A stretch of 64,000 bases of DNA from Bdellovibrionales bacterium CG12_big_fil_rev_8_21_14_0_65_38_15 (GTDB taxonomy: Bacteria; Bdellovibrionota; Bacteriovoracia; Bacteriovoracales; Bacteriovoracaceae), in the NCBI GenBank assembly GCA_002787775.1, contig PCUW01000011.1, positions 35,898-99,897 of the forward strand. Direction: 5' to 3'. Of this stretch, positions 58,663 through 64,000 are shown piece by piece (positions within the stretch are counted from its first letter, which is position 1; each line of letters starts with the position of its first letter). Below the pieces are notes generated by a model. The model had not been told where the DNA came from. It ran no database searches and saw nothing but the letters and a program-made list of their open reading frames with translations. The position numbers and the translations under genes are program-made.

Positions 58663-61600
58663 TTAGGCTGCATTTTTGAGAAAAAGAGCCTGTATAAACT
58701 CGGCAGCACAATTAGTGTTAGAGCTGTTGCAGAAAGAATTCCTCCAACAACAACAGTTGCCAAAGGTTTTTGCACCTCCGCTCCAAGCCCACTTGAGAAC
58801 ATCATTGGTAAAAATCCAAAAATATCTGTAAGTGCAGTCATCAGCACTGGTCGAAGTCTGGTCATGGCACCAGCTTTGACAATGTCATCAGGACTTAACC
58901 CGTCTGCTGCCAGGCGATTAAAGTACGTCACCAAAACAACTCCATTGAGCATGCTAATTCCACTAAGGGGTATAAAGCCGACTCCAGCAGAAATACTAAA
59001 AGGCATCTGCATCACCATCAAAGCCACAACGCCTCCAACTAACGCCATTGGAGCACATATAAAGATAAGAGCAACTTGAGCAGCATTTCTAAAAGCCGCC
59101 CAGAGCATTCCAATAATAACGAGCATCGCCAAAGGCACTAGCACAGAAAGACGCGCTTTAGCACTTTGTAGATTTTTAAAGCTACCACCCCATTCGATAT
59201 AATAACCTTCTGCTAATTCAAGTTTTTCTTCAACTGCGCTTTTCGCTTCTTGAACAAAACTTTCAACATCTCTAGTCTCGGGGTTTATAAGAACCGCAAT
59301 TCTTCGAGATGAATTCTCACGCGCGACTGCAGTGAATGTTTCGACATAATTAATACTGGCAACGCTTTCAATAGGAACAGTATGACTTTCAGCAATAGAT
59401 ACAGGCAGAGTTCTAACCGTTTCAATATCTTGACGCTCTTTTTCAGAGAGTCTAACCACGATCGGAAAACGTCTAACACCTTCATAAAGATGGCCAACTT
59501 CACGACCACCAATAGCCGTCTCAATAGCATCTAACACTGGTTTACTACTAACCCCCAAAGATGAGAGCTCCCCCATTTTAGGTCGATACTCAAGCATCGG
59601 AGACTTCCCTTTAGATTCAGACTCAACCTCACCAGCACCTTCAACAGTTCCAATAATTTGTGCCATCTCTTGCGCTTTCTCAATTAAGACATCAAGATCA
59701 GGTCCAAATATTTTAGCTGAAACATCTGCTCGTGTTCCTTCCAAGAGTTCATTGAAACGCAGTTCAACCGGCTGAGAGATTAAAAGAACTTGAGCTGGTA
59801 CTAAAGCTTCTAAGCGTTCACGTACGGCTTTCATCAAAACTTTTTTAGTTTTGATCAATTCATCTGAGGGCCAGTCATCAATATGATGAAGCATGACATA
59901 ACTATCTGAGATATTAACTCCCATAGGATCAGTCGCAACTTCAGCAGCGCCCGTTCTTGCAAAGACGGTTTTGACCTGAGGAAATTGTAAAATGACTTTT
60001 TCAGATAAGCGCTGCAGTTCAACTGAAGTTGATGTGTTGATATTGGCAGGGCGAATAAATTGAACAGCGAAATCACCTTCGTCTAATTGTGGGATAAACT
60101 CTGAGCCGAGCCTAAAAAATAATCCAACTCCTAAAGCGATTGATAGTAGACCTACAAAAGCAACACTTCGACGTAACTTGATTGCAGTTTCTAATATCGG
60201 TGCATAAATTTTTGAGGCCATACTCATAAGCCAGGGCGTTTTATCCTTAACCTTGCCATCTAAAAAGGTGGCACAGAGTGCAGGAACTAAAGTAAAAGAT
60301 AATAATAGGGCAGATAAAAGGGCCATCACAAATGTCGTTGCCATTGGCACAAACATCTTGCCTTCAACTCCAGTAAGTACAAATAAAGGAATAAAGACGA
60401 CGATGACGATTAATTCGCCGAAACCAGCTGCTTGTCTAATTTCGACAGCAGAGTCAATAACCAATTGCATTAGCTCTTGGCGAGAGAGATCTCGACCCAT
60501 GGCCTTAGCTTTTTGCTGCAATCGATGAACACAATTCTCAACAACAATAACGGCGCCATCGACGATAATTCCAAAATCTAGTGCTCCTAAGCTCATCAAG
60601 TTTCCAGAAACATTTTGCCAGCGCATCAAAATAAAAGTCATCAAAAGAGAGATAGGTATGACAAGTGAGGTTATGATAGCCGCCCTAACATTTCCTACTA
60701 ATAACAAAAGAAAGACAATCACTAAGCCAGCACCCATAAATAAATTGTGCTCGACTGTACCAAGAGTCGCCTGAACCATATTAGATCGATCATATAGAAT
60801 ATTGACCTCAACCCAATCAGGTAAATCTTTTTTAATTTCACCAAGGCGCTCACGAACTCTGTTGGCGACTGAACGTGAATTTTCACCAAGCAGCATAAAA
60901 GCAGTACCAACGATACTTTCTTCGCCGTTTACAGTGGCTGCGCCAGTTCTAATTTCTTTATCTAATCGAACATCAGCAACATCACTCACTTTAACACTTT
61001 CAAGTGAAGGCAATCTTTTAACAACAACTGCTTTGATGTCGTCAATCGAAGATAGAAGCCCAACTCCGCGAACAAGTAATTGTTCACCAGTCTGCTGGAT
61101 ATATCCTCCCCCAACATTGGCATTAGCACCTGAGATTGCAACTTCCAGATCATCAAAGCTAAGACCAAACTCGGCCATCTTTTTAATATTTGGTTGGATG
61201 AAGAACTGTTTTTCATATCCTCCAATAGTATTAATTTCGATCACGCCAGCTACAGTTAAAAGCCTGGGTTTAATAACCCACTCTTGAAGTGATTTTAATT
61301 CCATTAACTGGATTAAACGTTTATCAGGATCTGCTTCTGGGGATTTTGCTTCGACTGAATAGTGGAATATTTCTCCTAGACCTGTGGCAATGGGACCCAT
61401 TTCAGGTTTAACACCATCGGGTAATTCAAGAAGTTGTAGTTTTTCTGAAACAAGCTGCCTGGCTAAATAAACGTCTGCATCGTCATTGAACACAATGGTT
61501 ACCTGTGAAATTCCAAAACGCGAGATTGACCTCACTGTCTCAACACTTGGAATCCCGCCCATCGCTGACTCAATAGGAAACGTGACCATTCTTTCAATTT

Positions 61601-61778
61601 CTTCAGGTACCAACCCTATAACAGGAGTATTAATTTGAACTTGAGTATTAGTAATATCTGGTACGGCATCAATTGAAAGTTTTTTAAACGACTCTAAACC
61701 AAACCAACAAAGTAAACCAGTCAGCAAAAAAACAACAAAGCGTTGTTGAACTGAAAAAGCAATTATTCGCGAAATCAT
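58659..61778 (-). CDS. CusA/CzcA-family heavy-metal efflux RND transporter
   Basis: 1039 aa with 12-TM RND topology. N-terminus MISRIIAFSVQQRFVVFLL...IDAVPDITNTQVQI is typical of the HME-RND family. Confidence 0.9.
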   Translation of the reverse strand: MISRIIAFSVQQRFVVFLLTGLLCWFGLESFKKLSIDAVPDITNTQVQINTPVIGLVPEEIERMVTFPIESAMGGIPSVETVRSISRFGISQVTIVFNDDADVYLARQLVSEKLQLLELPDGVKPEMGPIATGLGEIFHYSVEAKSPEADPDKRLIQLMELKSLQEWVIKPRLLTVAGVIEINTIGGYEKQFFIQPNIKKMAEFGLSFDDLEVAISGANANVGGGYIQQTGEQLLVRGVGLLSSIDDIKAVVVKRLPSLESVKVSDVADVRLDKEIRTGAATVNGEESIVGTAFMLLGENSRSVANRVRERLGEIKKDLPDWVEVNILYDRSNMVQATLGTVEHNLFMGAGLVIVFLLLLVGNVRAAIITSLVIPISLLMTFILMRWQNVSGNLMSLGALDFGIIVDGAVIVVENCVHRLQQKAKAMGRDLSRQELMQLVIDSAVEIRQAAGFGELIVIVVFIPLFVLTGVEGKMFVPMATTFVMALLSALLLSFTLVPALCATFLDGKVKDKTPWLMSMASKIYAPILETAIKLRRSVAFVGLLSIALGVGLFFRLGSEFIPQLDEGDFAVQFIRPANINTSTSVELQRLSEKVILQFPQVKTVFARTGAAEVATDPMGVNISDSYVMLHHIDDWPSDELIKTKKVLMKAVRERLEALVPAQVLLISQPVELRFNELLEGTRADVSAKIFGPDLDVLIEKAQEMAQIIGTVEGAGEVESESKGKSPMLEYRPKMGELSSLGVSSKPVLDAIETAIGGREVGHLYEGVRRFPIVVRLSEKERQDIETVRTLPVSIAESHTVPIESVASINYVETFTAVARENSSRRIAVLINPETRDVESFVQEAKSAVEEKLELAEGYYIEWGGSFKNLQSAKARLSVLVPLAMLVIIGMLWAAFRNAAQVALIFICAPMALVGGVVALMVMQMPFSISAGVGFIPLSGISMLNGVVLVTYFNRLAADGLSPDDIVKAGAMTRLRPVLMTALTDIFGFLPMMFSSGLGAEVQKPLATVVVGGILSATALTLIVLPSLYRLFFSKMQPN

Positions 61779-61787
61779 TATTATTTC

Positions 61788-62309
61788 CTAATGAGAATGA
61801 CCGTATTCTGCAGAATCTGTTGAGTAGATGTCACAAACTTTAATTAAATCGAGTTTACTTGTTGCTATTTGATCGCCAACTTTTATGTCATCGACAGTAA
61901 TTGAGACATCCTGTCCATCAGATACAATATTACTAGCAATTAAAAATTTAAAGAAACCATCTCGAAAGCGATAAATCCCTTTATCTTTACGAGTGACCAC
62001 GAGGACGTCGCGCTTTATTTTAAGACGATTGCCAGAAACATCCATTAAACCGATATCTAAAACTTTTAGAGAATCTTTAGAAAGTCTAAAACCTTGAGCT
62101 TCACTGACTTCTTCTATAGCCTTACCTAGACCGATAGCCTTTGAGCTTTCATGATCATCATGACCTTCTTCTTCGTGCTCATCGTGCTGCTCGTGCTGCT
62201 CGTGCTGATCGTGCTGATCATGTGAAGTTTCAATATGATCGTGATCATCTTCACTCGAATACAATGCATTGTTAAAGAAAAGCAAGCATAACAAAATTAG
62301 ATAGTTCAT
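61788..62309 (-). CDS. His-rich periplasmic protein resembling only the membrane-proximal domain of a CusB/CzcB adaptor
   Basis: Signal peptide, an H/D/E/Q tract, and a short GFRLSKDSLKVLDIGL strand segment. The C-terminal segment is IKRDVLVVTRKDKGIYRFRDGFF...VSITVDDIKVGDQIATS, ending ...EYGHSH. No alpha-hairpin or lipoyl region is present. Confidence 0.55.
   Translation of the reverse strand: MNYLILLCLLFFNNALYSSEDDHDHIETSHDQHDQHEQHEQHDEHEEEGHDDHESSKAIGLGKAIEEVSEAQGFRLSKDSLKVLDIGLMDVSGNRLKIKRDVLVVTRKDKGIYRFRDGFFKFLIASNIVSDGQDVSITVDDIKVGDQIATSKLDLIKVCDIYSTDSAEYGHSH
62173..62217 (-). repeat. Five tandem 9-nt units encoding (H-[DE]-Q)n
   Basis: Plus strand reads tcgtgctca tcgtgctgc tcgtgctgc tcgtgctga tcgtgctga. 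Confidence 0.9.
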
Positions 62310-62671
62310 TAATCTTTCCTTAACTCTTCACAGCGATTAATAAAATCTTTGGCCATTTCACTATAGTTATTAATTGCGCGTGGACACACATCAAAAAAAC
62401 CGTTTTCACATTGCATACTTAGGACTTTCAGTTCTGAACTATTCAACGTAAATTCGCTGCAATTTGTATCTTTTGGGATTTTAACTTTTTTAGGAATCTG
62501 CGTCTCTAATAACTCTTTTAAAAGAGCAAAATGTTGATGAATGTCTATAAAGTTTTCAAGACTTGATTGTTTTGTCGCTCGAAGTTGATCGACTTTCAAA
62601 AGCAAAGGATACGTCTCTTTGCCACAACCAAGAATTAATATTGCCATCAAAGATAATAAGATTTTATTCAT
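62309..62671 (-). CDS. Cys-containing lipoprotein in the RND operon, function unknown
   Basis: From ATG 62671: MNKILLSLMAILILGCG lipobox, with 4 further Cys. Its start overlaps the OMF stop (ATGAATAA) and its stop overlaps the next start (TAATG). Confidence 0.55.
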   Translation of the reverse strand: MNKILLSLMAILILGCGKETYPLLLKVDQLRATKQSSLENFIDIHQHFALLKELLETQIPKKVKIPKDTNCSEFTLNSSELKVLSMQCENGFFDVCPRAINNYSEMAKDFINRCEELRKD

Positions 62672-63896
62672 GAGCAACTCCTCCAACATCATATGGAGCA
62701 CTAAATGTTAAGCGCTTGAGTTTTTCCACCACTTCAACAAATCGAACTTGATAGGAAAGCTTCAGCGCTTTGGTTCTGGCTACATTATCAAATGACTCAA
62801 TCAACTCTAAAGGCGCAATTTCACCACCATAGCGAAGCTGATTTTCAAGAATTCGTTGATTTAAACTTGCTAAAGAAAAGCGCTCCTCAGCATTCGAGAA
62901 AGAATCACTAAGCAATTCATATTCTTTAATAAGTAGCTCAAATTGCCTTAAAATCGTCTCTTTTGTTGCCATGGCCTTAATAACTAAAATATCAAGCTCT
63001 GACTTTGAAATATTGACGGCAGAGCTTTGTCCGAAACCAAGACCATCAGTGACTGGTATAGTATCAAATGCACCATTTCCAGCTCCAAGAGAAAAGGTTG
63101 AAGCTCCTAATACACTAAAACGCATAGAGCCTCTTTGCGCCAACAAAGACTGCTCAAGGTACTTATACTGTTTAAGTTCTGGTGCACTTGAAAGAGCTTT
63201 AGCTCTAAGTCTTTCAACTTCTAGTGAAGGTGCATCAATAGGGTTTGCAAGAATTGGAGAGATAATCTCTATTTGCTCATTTTGATTAATTCCAGAAATA
63301 TACTGAAGGTCTCGAGTATTGCTTTCAATTAGGAGATCCATGGCGCGAAGATCATCTTCAAGAGCAAGAATTCTTTCTTGAATTAAATTTAAAGCAAAAC
63401 CACCATCAAGACCAAAGTTTCTTCTCGTTCTGGCAAGACTTAAGACTCGCTTGTAGCTTTTAAGGCTTTCAATTAGTAAAGATTGAAGTTCTTTTTCTCG
63501 GTGAACACCATAAAAAATTAGTCTGGCACTAGAAAGCTCATTACTCCAAAGTGCTAAGTATTGCTCCTTTTGAGCTAAAGCCATGGCGCCTGCCTGTCTG
63601 ACTTGGAACCAGTTGGCAGGAATTAAAAATGGAGCTAAATCCTGAACAAGATCACCTAAAGCGAAAGGATCGACAAAGGCTGCAGGAATTTTAAGTAAAC
63701 TCCACACATTAAGCTTCGGTAAAAGTGAAGCTCTAGCATGTTTTATCCTTTGTTTACTTTGATAAACACGCTGAGCTTCTTCTTGAACTAAGTAATTACC
63801 ATTTGAAATTTTTTCACTCAGCATCTCTATCGATAAATCATTGGCAAAGAGAGAGATACTCAGTGTCGCTAGAAAAAAGATGATTGATTTTTTCAT
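62664..63896 (-). CDS. TolC-family outer-membrane efflux protein
   Basis: 410 aa: signal peptide, and two OEP-type repeats with long helical segments. GAGAGGA SD. Confidence 0.85.
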   Translation of the reverse strand: MKKSIIFFLATLSISLFANDLSIEMLSEKISNGNYLVQEEAQRVYQSKQRIKHARASLLPKLNVWSLLKIPAAFVDPFALGDLVQDLAPFLIPANWFQVRQAGAMALAQKEQYLALWSNELSSARLIFYGVHREKELQSLLIESLKSYKRVLSLARTRRNFGLDGGFALNLIQERILALEDDLRAMDLLIESNTRDLQYISGINQNEQIEIISPILANPIDAPSLEVERLRAKALSSAPELKQYKYLEQSLLAQRGSMRFSVLGASTFSLGAGNGAFDTIPVTDGLGFGQSSAVNISKSELDILVIKAMATKETILRQFELLIKEYELLSDSFSNAEERFSLASLNQRILENQLRYGGEIAPLELIESFDNVARTKALKLSYQVRFVEVVEKLKRLTFSAPYDVGGVAHE

Positions 63897-64000
63897 TAGT
63901 AAGTCCTCTCAAGTGAAAAGAAGACAGTATTGGCATTTCCATTTGACTGCAGACTACCTTGCAATGTTGAGACTTGATCAATACGACTTTGATTAATCAG

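Noticed and set aside
60802-61287. 161-aa ORF antisense to cusA. Similar internal antisense ORFs occur in sdhA/sdhB (15729-15980, 17460-17750), sucC/sucD, cysS and others.
   Set aside because: These ORFs lie entirely within strongly supported genes, have low-complexity Ser/Thr/Leu/Pro-rich translations, and lack SD sequences. They are typical shadow ORFs.
1-64000. Window-wide scan for tRNA/rRNA genes, CRISPR arrays, IS elements, integrases, prophage genes or an obvious defence island.
   Set aside because: I found no T-loop/acceptor-type sequences, no spaced direct repeats, no transposase, integrase or recombinase-like ORFs, and no helicase/nuclease/ATPase clusters in an accessory context. 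The only helicase and nucleases look like housekeeping or secreted enzymes.

Overview
This window is an AT-rich, densely coding chromosomal segment of a Gram-negative bacterium, with about 70 protein genes on both strands. I found no rRNA, tRNA, CRISPR array, transposase, integrase or phage genes.

The housekeeping backbone is uvrB (partial), lysA, cysS, a carD-like gene, ndk, sucDC, sdhCAB (dihaem type-B layout), queE, dksA, a DEAD-box helicase, tgt, serC, a pepP-like gene, murD, fabH, ctaA and pepA.

Between these lie many signal-peptide, lipoprotein and outer-membrane ORFs with no family I can recognise, plus several hydrolases (some with signal peptides): endonuclease I, a matrixin-like protease and MBL-fold hydrolases. 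This mix makes me suspect a Bdellovibrio-and-like predatory bacterium (Bacteriovoracaceae or Halobacteriovoraceae). That is inference only.

I see no convincing defence island or mobile element. The best candidates for undescribed biology are:
1. A four-gene, translationally coupled heavy-metal-type RND efflux operon (58659-63896). The slot normally filled by a full-length CusB/CzcB adaptor holds a Cys-containing lipoprotein and a 173-aa His-rich protein that looks like an adaptor reduced to its membrane-proximal domain.
2. Two secreted tandem-module proteins of unrecognised families (40961-42010 with 5 x 49 aa; 26702-27379 with 3 x about 42 aa). They share a signal peptide / Cys-containing head / Pro-rich linker / repeat design.
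3. A block of five consecutive orphan genes (21885-25149).
4. A large FHA-domain membrane protein (30248-32482).

All family assignments come from motif recognition by eye on the supplied translations. No database search was run.
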